A stretch of DNA of 58,217 nt from an uncultured archaeon (GTDB lineage: Archaea > Asgardarchaeota > Heimdallarchaeia > Heimdallarchaeales > Heimdallarchaeaceae), in assembly GCA_964534625.1 (NCBI GenBank), contig CAZHRF010000017.1:1-58217 (forward strand), given 5' to 3'. Position numbers and translations under genes: made by a program. Each line of letters opens with the position of its first letter. The first letter of the stretch is position 1. The notes under the pieces were generated by a model. That model made no database searches. It was given only the letters and a program-made list of their open reading frames with translations, and was not told the origin of the DNA. This document shows, piece by piece, positions 1 through 9,200 of the stretch.

Positions 1-97
1 CCACTCGTCGATAATTCCATTGATGAACAATTTTTCTTCCGTACGGACGTTGATTTCCTCTACAATGCGCTTTACGAATGTTATACGGGTAGCCCAT
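1..97 (-). CDS. 5' fragment of a basic protein running off the window edge, possibly ribosomal protein eL15
   Basis: ATG at 97 reads MGYPYNIRKAHCRGNQRPYGRKIVHQWNYRRV without a stop. Loose resemblance to eL15 N-termini (IREAW-like, WxYR). Only 32 codons are visible. Confidence 0.3.
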   Translation of the reverse strand, partial: MGYPYNIRKAHCRGNQRPYGRKIVHQWNYRRV

Positions 98-261
98 GGT
101 CAAAAAGAGAATTTATTTTATATTAGTAAGTATACTTGTTTTGATTTTAAGATTTTAAAATTTAAAATATGATACATAGAAAAAAAATTTAAATGGCGAA
201 AAAAGAATTATTCTTAATTACAAATTCCAACACTTTAGACAAAAAAAGAAAGGTAGAAAAA

Positions 262-786
262 ATGAACAACTATCAATACACTTTCAAGATACTTTTGCTT
301 GGCGATGGTGCAGTGGGGAAAACAAGTCTAGTTCAGCGATTTATTCATGATAAATTTAGTTCTGGTTATCTTATGACAATAGGAATGGAACCTTACTCGC
401 GTTTTGAGACAATCGACGGTACAAAAGTCTGCTTACAGCTTTGGGATATAGCTGGACAAGATCGCTTTCAATCTATGAGACATATATTCTATAAGGGAAG
501 TCTTGGTGCTCTAGTGACGTATGATATTACTAGACGACAAAGTTTTGAAAACCTCAAGAGATGGATTAAAGAAGCTAAAAATGAATCTCCACGAATTATG
601 CTTATAATGGTTGGAAACAAGAATGATTTAGAAGATATGAGAGATGTTTCTACCGAAGAAGGTCAAGAATTTGCAGATAAAATGGGTTGTATAGACTTTA
701 TTGAGACATCCGCAAAAACTGGTGAGAATGTATCAGAAGCTTTTCTTAATCTAGGTAAATCTATTTACGAGAGTGTAAGTAAGTAA
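262..786 (+). CDS. Rab-like small GTPase (Ras superfamily)
   Basis: G1 GDGAVGKTS, G3 WDIAGQDRF, G4 GNKND, G5 ETSAK. Likely start is ATG 262 (ORF track starts at 193). No C-terminal Cys. Confidence 0.92.
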   Translation: MNNYQYTFKILLLGDGAVGKTSLVQRFIHDKFSSGYLMTIGMEPYSRFETIDGTKVCLQLWDIAGQDRFQSMRHIFYKGSLGALVTYDITRRQSFENLKRWIKEAKNESPRIMLIMVGNKNDLEDMRDVSTEEGQEFADKMGCIDFIETSAKTGENVSEAFLNLGKSIYESVSK

Positions 787-849
787 ATAAAGGCTTTATT
801 GACTTTAAACATTACCTTAAATCTTAATTTTTTATCTTCTTGTTTAAGG

Positions 850-1332
850 TTAATCTAGTTTTTTTCCTAATTGTTTTCTTATTCTGCCTGAACTTATTTT
901 AATGCCTCTCTTATCATAAACAAAAGGTACAACTAGTACTAATAATTGATCTAAACCTTTCATTGCTCGTAATTTGTTGATTTCAACTCCTGTTGAATAT
1001 GTTTCTTCTGTTACCACGATACCTTCTGCTGTTTTATCTGTTAAAGCTGGTCCATATCGGTCTTTTATTGCCATAAGTTCATAATCTGTGGATCCTCTTT
1101 GTTCAAGAAACCGCCTAACATTTTCTTTGCGTTGTTCAAAGTTCTGCATTAAAAAGAGAAATTTATCTCGAGGTCGCATTCTTCTTGCAAAATCATCCGT
1201 AGTAATACCAACGCGAACTCGTTTTGAGAGAGACATGGCGGCTTCTAATAAAGCTCTATGACCATCATGGATGTGATCGAATGTTCCACCTAATAGTACT
1301 TCGTTTAACCAAGGCAAAGAAGACACCTGCAC
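850..1332 (-). CDS. coaD: Archaeal-type phosphopantetheine adenylyltransferase
   Basis: GGTFDHIHDGH (HxGH nucleotidyltransferase), D.YGP, VTEET and KISSGRIR motifs. Confidence 0.85.
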   Translation of the reverse strand: MQVSSLPWLNEVLLGGTFDHIHDGHRALLEAAMSLSKRVRVGITTDDFARRMRPRDKFLFLMQNFEQRKENVRRFLEQRGSTDYELMAIKDRYGPALTDKTAEGIVVTEETYSTGVEINKLRAMKGLDQLLVLVVPFVYDKRGIKISSGRIRKQLGKKLD

Positions 1333-1438
1333 TAAAACTTAACAGATACACTATAAACTTTTTTCTTGCTTTCACAGAAAAAAATTTTTAGTGCAAAATT
1401 AAAATTACTAATTATCTCAAATCATGCAACTAGCAATG

Positions 1439-1565
1439 TTTCCAGGTTCGGGATGGGTCTGGGTATTACCCTGACACTATGGCCGCGTCGAAACGCAGCG
1501 AAGGGTTCTTCCCAAGTCCTCTCGGAACTCAGTACAAAACCAAACGTAGTCAGACTTGACTTTCC
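1439..1565 (-). rRNA. rrf: 5S rRNA gene, circularly permuted (3' half, UUCG linker, 5' half)
   Basis: Minus strand 1488-1439 = ACGCGGCCAUAGUGUCAGGGUAAUACCCAGACCCAUCCCGAACCUGGAAA, the 5S 5' half with the conserved CCGAAC loop C. Minus strand 1565-1493 = GGAAAGUCAAGUCUGAC...GUAC...GGGAA...UUCGCUGCGU, the 5S 3' half. Helix I GCUGCGU/ACGCGGC is closed by UUCG at 1492-1489. Confidence 0.88.
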
Positions 1566-1719
1566 CGATCATCAGGACGCATCCAGATGATTTCTGTCAT
1601 TGCTGGATAATCAGCAGTAGAGTGGTTTTTTTTTCTTTTAAAAATGTTACTTTCTTGAAGAATATTGTCATTAATAAACTTAATAGGGCTTGCTAGACCA
1701 CAATTAAAATGAATTAATA

Positions 1720-1820
1720 TGGTGCCCCGAGACGGATTTGAACCGCCGCCTAGGGATTACTGTATGAATATAAAATAATCATTCCACAGTCCCCAATTCT
1801 AGCCACTATACTATCGGGGC
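1720..1820 (-). tRNA. tRNA-His(GUG) with a 26-nt canonical 37/38 intron (1783-1758) and encoded CCA
   Basis: Acceptor stem GCCCCGA/UCGGGGC, T arm GGCGG-UUCAAAU-CCGUC, anticodon GTG at 1787-1785, BHB formed by CUGU/ACAG with GGA and UAA bulges, 3' end ACCA. Confidence 0.95.
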
Positions 1821-1939
1821 ATAGTTTATATTTGCTGTTCCTTTTTTCTACTATTACCTTTTAAGCATTGCTGTTTTCAACTACTTTATGCTTACTCTTT
1901 GATAATTACTTTTTTATGTATTATACCTTAGGTTTTCAT

Positions 1940-2428
1940 ATGACCAGTTCTAGTAAAGGTAAAATAATAATACAGCTGCACAATTTTGCATCGGTCAATC
2001 ATTGTAGTGAGTTTATGAAAATAGCTCTTGGTTTGGGTGCACGAGAAATTGTTTTTTCAAAAGGTGTAGGGTCAGCAGCAAGTTCTGGTATTCCCATTGC
2101 TCAAAAGATGGCATTCGCTGCAAAAGCCAACTTCCTTGTTTTGCGTTCAATTCAAGATACAATTGAACTGCTTCACCCTGATGAAGTTTTTCTTTTTATA
2201 AAAGAGACTTATGCAAATGAACTGTTTGATCCTCAACAAGTGGTAAAATCTTATCAGAGTGGTAAAACGATTTTATTAGTTTTTGGAGGTTCAAGTACTG
2301 GTCTTTCAAGAAAAGACTTAGATCTAGGGCGATCGGTATTTATAAAAAACACAAAAGATATTGGATGTTTGGGGCAAGTAACTTTATCATTATATTTTTT
2401 ACGTGAAGCATTAGATCACATGCAATAA
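1940..2428 (+). CDS. DUF2122-like (SPOUT-fold / 'RecB-family nuclease' annotated) archaeal protein
   Basis: LHN...GSAASSGIP and LVFGG...GLSRKDL motifs resemble this archaeal family. Likely start is ATG 1940. Confidence 0.6.
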   Translation: MTSSSKGKIIIQLHNFASVNHCSEFMKIALGLGAREIVFSKGVGSAASSGIPIAQKMAFAAKANFLVLRSIQDTIELLHPDEVFLFIKETYANELFDPQQVVKSYQSGKTILLVFGGSSTGLSRKDLDLGRSVFIKNTKDIGCLGQVTLSLYFLREALDHMQ

Positions 2429-2437
2429 TATTAATTC

Positions 2438-2968
2438 TCATATATCCAGTCCTTCATCATCTATAATCATCATGCGAACAAGATTATTGAAAGCTTTCTC
2501 TGTATTAGTCCCTTCTTTAGCGGATGTAAATATATATTCTGCATTCCCATGGTACTCTACCAACTGTTGCATATCTTTTTCATCTACTTCAATGTTTTGT
2601 AAATCTATCTTATTAGCGATAAATACAATAGGTTTTTTGCCAACCACATCCACGAAAGAGTCTACCCAAGAAAACAATTCTTGCTGGGTTTTGTAATCTG
2701 TTGAATCACATATTGCCAAAGCTCCTGATGCAGCGAAGTAATATTTACTTCTTACAGCTTTGAAAACCGTTTGCCCTCCTATATCCCAAATCGACAAAGT
2801 AACTTGATAATCCATATAGTCTATCTCTTTTTTCATTATTGTTGTTCCTAATGTTATCTGATATACTGGACTGAAATACCCAGTTACAAAGCGCCTTACT
2901 GTAGACGTCTTTCCCACACCTGGAGGACCGATTAACATTACTTTCTTTGTTGCTTTCATCAAGTACAT
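2438..2968 (-). CDS. Rab-like small GTPase
   Basis: G1 GPPGVGKTS, G3 WDIGGQ, G4 NKID, G5 TSAK. Confidence 0.9.
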   Translation of the reverse strand: MYLMKATKKVMLIGPPGVGKTSTVRRFVTGYFSPVYQITLGTTIMKKEIDYMDYQVTLSIWDIGGQTVFKAVRSKYYFAASGALAICDSTDYKTQQELFSWVDSFVDVVGKKPIVFIANKIDLQNIEVDEKDMQQLVEYHGNAEYIFTSAKEGTNTEKAFNNLVRMMIIDDEGLDI

Positions 2969-2994
2969 CCTTTCCGATTATTTGTAGTTTATAT

Positions 2995-3840
2995 TTAATA
3001 AAAACTTATTGAGGCATAACCGACAACTTGTGATTTGTTTCCCGATACTTCTCCTGAAGTTGAGTAACCAAGTATTTTAACTTGATTCCTACCTGATTTT
3101 TCAGCTGCAATCATAGTAGCTAATATTGGCCCATATCCGCACATGGTTACTTTTAGCTGATCTTTAATTTCATACATTTTTTTACCACTCATCTGTTCAA
3201 TAGCTTGTAATACTTTCTCATCTTTTTGTTTTGCCTGTTCATGTGGTTCGTAGTGGGTGAAATCCGAGCTTGCTATAACAATGGCATTCTTATCTTTCAG
3301 TACTTTAGCTAATGTTTCTCCAAGAGATTTTGCGTGCTCATAGTTTTGTCTTGTAATAACTATTGGAACAAAATCAAAGTTGTTTTTGAGAATATACTGG
3401 AGAAACGGTAATTGTACTTCTACCGAATGTTCTTTTTCGTGAGATTCATCGTTTTTTTCAATTATATGATTATCTGCAACAAGCTGATCAGTTATTTCAT
3501 GATTAATTGACACATCTCCAAAAGGAGTCTCCCATTGGGTTACATTCTTTGGAACCGCTATTATTGGACCATATCCTCTATGATTCGGCCCAATAACAAT
3601 TATGGTGTCTGGTTCGTCATATTTACTTAGCTCTAGATAACTCATAGCTGCAATTGGGCCAGAATAAATATATCCTGCGTGAGGAACGACCAAAAAAGGT
3701 GTTTTTCCTTGGATTTTTTTAACTTCTCCTGGCATTTTTTTTGGTCCATACTCTGATAAGAAACTATTTTTAATCAAATCTCTTAATCTTTCTTTGTGTT
3801 TTGGATAAAAATGTCCTGCCACTGCTGCTATTCGTTTCAT
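2995..3840 (-). CDS. amrB: MEMO1 family protein (AmmeMemoRadiSam system protein B)
   Basis: AVAGHFYP, PHAGYIYSG, GPNH, EHSVEVQLPFLQ, SSDFTHY, CGYGP and VVGYA motifs. Confidence 0.92.
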   Translation of the reverse strand: MKRIAAVAGHFYPKHKERLRDLIKNSFLSEYGPKKMPGEVKKIQGKTPFLVVPHAGYIYSGPIAAMSYLELSKYDEPDTIIVIGPNHRGYGPIIAVPKNVTQWETPFGDVSINHEITDQLVADNHIIEKNDESHEKEHSVEVQLPFLQYILKNNFDFVPIVITRQNYEHAKSLGETLAKVLKDKNAIVIASSDFTHYEPHEQAKQKDEKVLQAIEQMSGKKMYEIKDQLKVTMCGYGPILATMIAAEKSGRNQVKILGYSTSGEVSGNKSQVVGYASISFY

Positions 3841-3903
3841 ATATGGAAATGTAATTTTATAATAAAAAATATTGTCATTGTGATTGGATAAGTTTTAGGT
3901 AAC

Positions 3904-6237
3904 TTATATAATTTGAAAGTTTAATTGCATATCTCTAATAATATTAGCGATGTCTTGTACAGAGGAAGATTTTAAATCCTCTCCATTGATTTGCTTAATT
4001 AAAACTGGTTGGTTGGTTTTATTTCTCTTTTTGTGATATTCATCAATTGAAGAAAATAACATAATTAAAGAGTGAACATCATTATATTCAGCCAAAAGTT
4101 CAATATTATTGATATAATCTATTTTTTTTGCTTGTTTATAATGGATGGCTGCCATTGGTAAACCATTTTTTAACACTAATTCAGCATAATTATCTGGTAG
4201 AGGGCGTAGAAATAATTTTCTTATCTTGAATCGTTTGATAAAAATGTTTTTGTATAAAACTATTAAGGGATCATTTCTTGGTAGATAACTGATATTACCC
4301 GTTGATACTCCCTCTTTATTGACAAACGCCATTAATTCATTTTCAATTGTTTTTGTTGTAAATTGCACTTCGTTTATTTCCTCAATATATCTCCCTGATT
4401 TTACACCAAATGCTGCAATCATTTCTTTTAGATACATTTCTATTTGAGTATTAGATAAACCAGTGATATTTGCTAATTGATTTATTGTTAGAGGTAAATT
4501 GGACGAGAGTATCCTATGAATGATTTCAATCCATGCTTCTTTCTGTGATTTTATGTTTTTTAAAGTTTGATTCTTTAGGAAAGCATCTACATCCATCCAG
4601 ACAAGTTTTCCTGAACTTGTTTTTGTTTTAACTATTCTATGTGCATGTTCTAGTTTGCTCAAAGAACTATAAAGAAGTTTTAATGACAGATTGAGTTTAC
4701 TTTTTATTTGTTGTGCACTCAATTTTTCTCTTTGTTTTATTAGTTTAAGAATACGTTCTTCAAAAGTTCCAATATGTCTTTTTGGACTTAGTTTAGTATA
4801 AATATTGTAATCCTTCGTGTTTATTAGACCATGTGGCAATCCACCATATTTACCCACAACTATTTGATTGTTAATTAGTAAAGTCTCAATTAAACTCTGT
4901 TTTCCAGTGTTTATTCTTGTTATTAATGATGAGATGGGTAAGGGAATACCTACTGATGATAGCAATTTTAGAATTTCAACTCTTGTCTTTTTTTGGGTTA
5001 ATTTATGTAAACTTTGATATTTTAATAAAAGAGGGGCGTATTTTTCCCAAGAGTATTGCACAGAATAACCTTGGGAGTTTGAAGAATAACCAGAGTATCG
5101 ATAAATAACTCCCTCATTTCTAATTCCGTACCCTCTCTGTTTCATAATATCTAACATCGTTTTAGTTTGGTTTTCCATTAATTCTGAATGGATGTGAGGA
5201 AAGACTAATTCTTTACCTTTATTCTCAGCAAATTCTTGAATTAGATCACGAATTTCTTTTTCAATGACATCATATTTTTTTGTTTTCCTTATATCTTGTA
5301 CTTGTAATTTATTGGAAATTAATTTATAGTTAAAGGAACAGACTGGCACTCCATTGGTTAATACAAGATATTTTTTCACTTCATTAAGTGGCATAAAATC
5401 AGCAGAACCCCAATATTTAACCAGGGGATCATTTTCAGGTAGAAGGGATAATTCTTCTTTTTTTTCTTCAGTAAGGATTTCTTTCTTGAATCTCTCCATT
5501 TGATCTAACTCACTTTTATCTAAAAATGCTTCATAGGTGGAATTTTCTATGAAATTTCCTCTAACTATTTTCCCTTCTTCATATAAATCTATTAAACTTG
5601 TACTTACCTTTCCTCCAGACAATTGTAAAATCTTCATAATTTGTGGTACAGTTATCGGACCATAATTTTTTATTGTTTCAAAAATTAGTGATTGAATGGC
5701 TTTTGTTTTACTCATCTGCTTTTCTTCTAAGAATTTAATTGGATCATAGACTAGCCAGCTATTCCCATCAAAAAACATTAAAATACGTAAATTTGATCTC
5801 AAATCAGTTAATATCTCCATAACTAGATCTCTATTTAGATCAAACTGTTCTATTATCTTTTGTCTCGTGGTACTGCCCTCCCCCTTAATATATTCTAAAA
5901 TGCTTCTAGTTTTTGTATTCTTATACTCATAATTATCTTCATAATTCTCGTAATAATAAAAAGGCAAATAATCTTTACTTATATAAGTCAAATTATTAGA
6001 TATGAACGGAGCTTGAATTACCAGATTATTCCTTAATAAAGAATCTAAAAGAGAAGAAGAATATGTTCTCATTCTTGCATGCAATGATTCTTGATCTAAA
6101 AAGTACAATAGATTTTTAGTAATTTCTATTGCTTGTTTGTAATGAATGCCCTTGAATTCCTTAGAAAGAGATTGTTTCTGCAGTAAATAAAATCCAAGTT
6201 CTTCAAGGTTTAAGCTGAAACTTACAGTATCAATCAT
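3904..6237 (-). CDS. Multi-winged-helix protein with two AlkZ/HTH_42-like modules; probable Lhr partner
   Basis: Repeated YGPIT..QI and NLPLT..QL wHTH blocks, each followed by G.F/YIE and LP.NDP, as in the adjacent Lhr C-terminus. Start overlaps the Lhr stop. Confidence 0.6.
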   Translation of the reverse strand: MIDTVSFSLNLEELGFYLLQKQSLSKEFKGIHYKQAIEITKNLLYFLDQESLHARMRTYSSSLLDSLLRNNLVIQAPFISNNLTYISKDYLPFYYYENYEDNYEYKNTKTRSILEYIKGEGSTTRQKIIEQFDLNRDLVMEILTDLRSNLRILMFFDGNSWLVYDPIKFLEEKQMSKTKAIQSLIFETIKNYGPITVPQIMKILQLSGGKVSTSLIDLYEEGKIVRGNFIENSTYEAFLDKSELDQMERFKKEILTEEKKEELSLLPENDPLVKYWGSADFMPLNEVKKYLVLTNGVPVCSFNYKLISNKLQVQDIRKTKKYDVIEKEIRDLIQEFAENKGKELVFPHIHSELMENQTKTMLDIMKQRGYGIRNEGVIYRYSGYSSNSQGYSVQYSWEKYAPLLLKYQSLHKLTQKKTRVEILKLLSSVGIPLPISSLITRINTGKQSLIETLLINNQIVVGKYGGLPHGLINTKDYNIYTKLSPKRHIGTFEERILKLIKQREKLSAQQIKSKLNLSLKLLYSSLSKLEHAHRIVKTKTSSGKLVWMDVDAFLKNQTLKNIKSQKEAWIEIIHRILSSNLPLTINQLANITGLSNTQIEMYLKEMIAAFGVKSGRYIEEINEVQFTTKTIENELMAFVNKEGVSTGNISYLPRNDPLIVLYKNIFIKRFKIRKLFLRPLPDNYAELVLKNGLPMAAIHYKQAKKIDYINNIELLAEYNDVHSLIMLFSSIDEYHKKRNKTNQPVLIKQINGEDLKSSSVQDIANIIRDMQLNFQII

Positions 6238-9200
6238 AGTGTCTCTCCATTTTTATTAATGAAATGTTATTTATGCGTTTTATTAGTAATGTTTTAACTT
6301 CTTCTTCAAAAAAAGCTTTTAAAGACTCTACAGCATTAATAATATAGTTAAACTCTTTTTCACTATTTACTCTCCGGTCTAATTGTATGTCTTTAATTAT
6401 CATTGCTCCCTTCTCTACTCTTTCAACTTTGCATACAGCGATAATTCTTTTATTCAAGACTATGCAATAATTTTCTGCTGAAGTTGAAAAATGCTTCATC
6501 AATATGTTATGAAAAACAGTTTGTGCAAAATCATATGGAGGAAGAATATAATACGTATTAATGGTTTCTAAGCTACGTGATAATGTGTTCTCCTTCTTTT
6601 CGTTTTCTAGCAATTTTTGATAAGCATCTTTTGTTATAAAATAGAATTGAAGTGCATCTTCAATAAATCGACCGGTTAAAATTTCTTCTCCATCTACAAG
6701 GTCTGTCATTATCTCTTTTATTTGAGATCTGTTGAGAACAGAAGGTATTGAAGTACGTTCAACGATTTGTTCTTCCGTAGCTATTCCTAAACTTTCCAAA
6801 ACATGCTTTACATATTTTTTACGTGCTTGTGTTATATCAATACTTTTCTTGTTAGATTCAAGCTCTAATATTTTATATTCTGATATTTTTCCATTACTAT
6901 CTAATTTGTTGCCAGCTATCATCATGTTTGCTTCTAGAGTCTTAATAGTAGAAAGCAAACTAATAGTGTTCCCTTTATAGTCTTCTTTCATATCTTCAAT
7001 AGATGTCAAACCACCTTTAATACATTCAACAACGAATTCATGATCCTCTTTTAATTTTCTCCTTTTTCTTACTCCAGCTATTCTTAATTCTATAAATTTA
7101 TCTGAGTAAAAAATTTCATTTTGTACATAAACGCGATTCTTTTCTATCAAACTATTTAACAAGTAAATTATTACAGTTTTCATTTCTCCAGGAAATCTTG
7201 CTTGGATTTCTTCAAAAGATAAAAAACCAAAATCTTCAATTAGCCTGAGTAAATTTTGTTCTGTTAGAGTATTGCCTTCATTTTTTAACCACATTTTGTT
7301 GATTAGATAGTTATGGATTAAAGATTCCTTGAACACCCTAGTAACGGATTCACCTCCCACTAGGGTGGCTTTTATTACTCTATATCCCGCTTTTTCGAAG
7401 ATTTCCCGTACTATGGTATTATTTTCAGATAGGATTGACGTTTCATTTATATCTTCAATTTGGAGACTCAAAACTTTGTGCATTCTCCTAGTGTATTCAA
7501 TAAGTTTTGCAGAAATTGTTTTTAATAATACTTCATTGTACATTATCGATTCATTCAATTTTAGATTATAAACTTGTAAGTATTTACCTCTTTGTAATTT
7601 ATATTCTATTGAACCTTTTATCTCGCCTCCAACAATGATAGGGTCTATGGTGCCATCTCCATAGATTTCATTTAGATGTCGTTTTAATCCCAAGTTTGTA
7701 AACGGGTCTGATTTGGGTATAATGACTATTAAGTCATCCTCTAAAAATCGATAGATGAACTTTTGTTTAATCGCTTTAATTTCTTCAAATCTACGTATTG
7801 TAAGATAATAATTTGTTTTTCGTTGTGTCAGCGTTTTTTCAATAATTGAATCTTTTTCAAGAAGAGATTTTATTACTCTTTCAACAGAACTGTATTTGAA
7901 GCCTGATATTTGAGTTAATTCTAATAGAGAGACTGGGCCTAGGGACTTTATGAACAGCATTATTACCTGCTGTAAACTCTCATTAATGGAGGGAAGCTTA
8001 TTATTATCCACATAGCGTGTTGTCACATCATATACATTGGGTGAAAAAATCCTAGGTAATGTTGTATCTACTAGGGGTGTTTTTCTGATTATATGCAACG
8101 TTTTATCAAGTAATATTAAACTTTCATGAACAACATTACTATCATAACCAGTATAGTCAATAAGATCTCTTTTTGTCATTGGACCATATTTTTTTAATGT
8201 CTCTAATATCTTTTCTTCTACCTTGGATAATTCATAAGGCTCTCTATATGCGACATAAAAATAAGGTAACTGTCTTATGCTAATATAAGAAACTCTATTC
8301 TTTGCAAACCTTCCTTGTAAAATCTTATTTTCTTTTATCAATCTCCGTAACCAATCAAATTCAAAATCTTGCATCCTGACTATTAATGAATTTAAATCTT
8401 CGATGAAGCCAAAGTGTTCTAAGATGTCTATTATTGAATCTTGGCTACTTCTATCTGTAAAATATTTTTTTAACGTAAAATTATATCTTATATAATTTAA
8501 TTCTTCATTAGTAAGTACAACAGAATCTGGTGATCTCATACTTAGGTTTCTTAATAGTTCTCTATCTTCTAGCAGTATATATTGTGGTTGAGACGTTGCT
8601 TTAATTATTTGTCCTTTTAATACGCTGCTTTCTACTTCTAATTCTTTTAGTGCTCTTTCTATTTTCTCTTTCTTTACAGCAAGATATGTGGTTATTGCAT
8701 CGAGTGTTTTTGGTCCGTGTGTAGATAAATATCGTTCAATTACTTTTTTCAAACACTCTTCAGGGTCTAGTTTTTTTGCTTGAACAATAAGATTCTTTGG
8801 TACTTTGTTTCTAACTAAACTATATTTCCATTTTAATTTTCCCTTATATAATATATACTGTGTTCTTGTAATCTGGAATGCTCTTTCAAGTTTTTTAATG
8901 CTTATTCTTAAATCAATAGGATCATAGTCTATTTTTTCTACCAGTTCATTGAAAGAAACGCTTATCTTGTCTTTCATTTTGTTTAAAATATATTTGTCTA
9001 TCTCTGATGGTTCTAAAGCTTGAATATATACATTCCAATAAATCGGATAATCCTTCATTGGAATGGTTCTATGATCATTATTTCCAATAAGAACCTCAAT
9101 AAACTCATTATCGTTCAGTAACTCTATGATCCATGTTCTCACTTTTTTGGGATCGGATATCTCTATATCATAGATACTGGGAGTTAATGATGTTGTGGTG

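Noticed and set aside
1366-1590. 74-aa plus-strand ORF
   Set aside because: It is the antisense of the permuted 5S rRNA and has no protein features.
1431-1605. Hammerhead ribozyme suggested by CUGAUGA...GAAAC around the 5S
   Set aside because: The triplet would be GAC rather than NUH, stem I does not form, and stem II pairing consumes the G12 position, so the core geometry is not satisfied.
1868-1939. Upstream TTG extension of the DUF2122-like ORF
   Set aside because: It runs through the T-rich divergent promoter region of the tRNA; ATG 1940 is more plausible.
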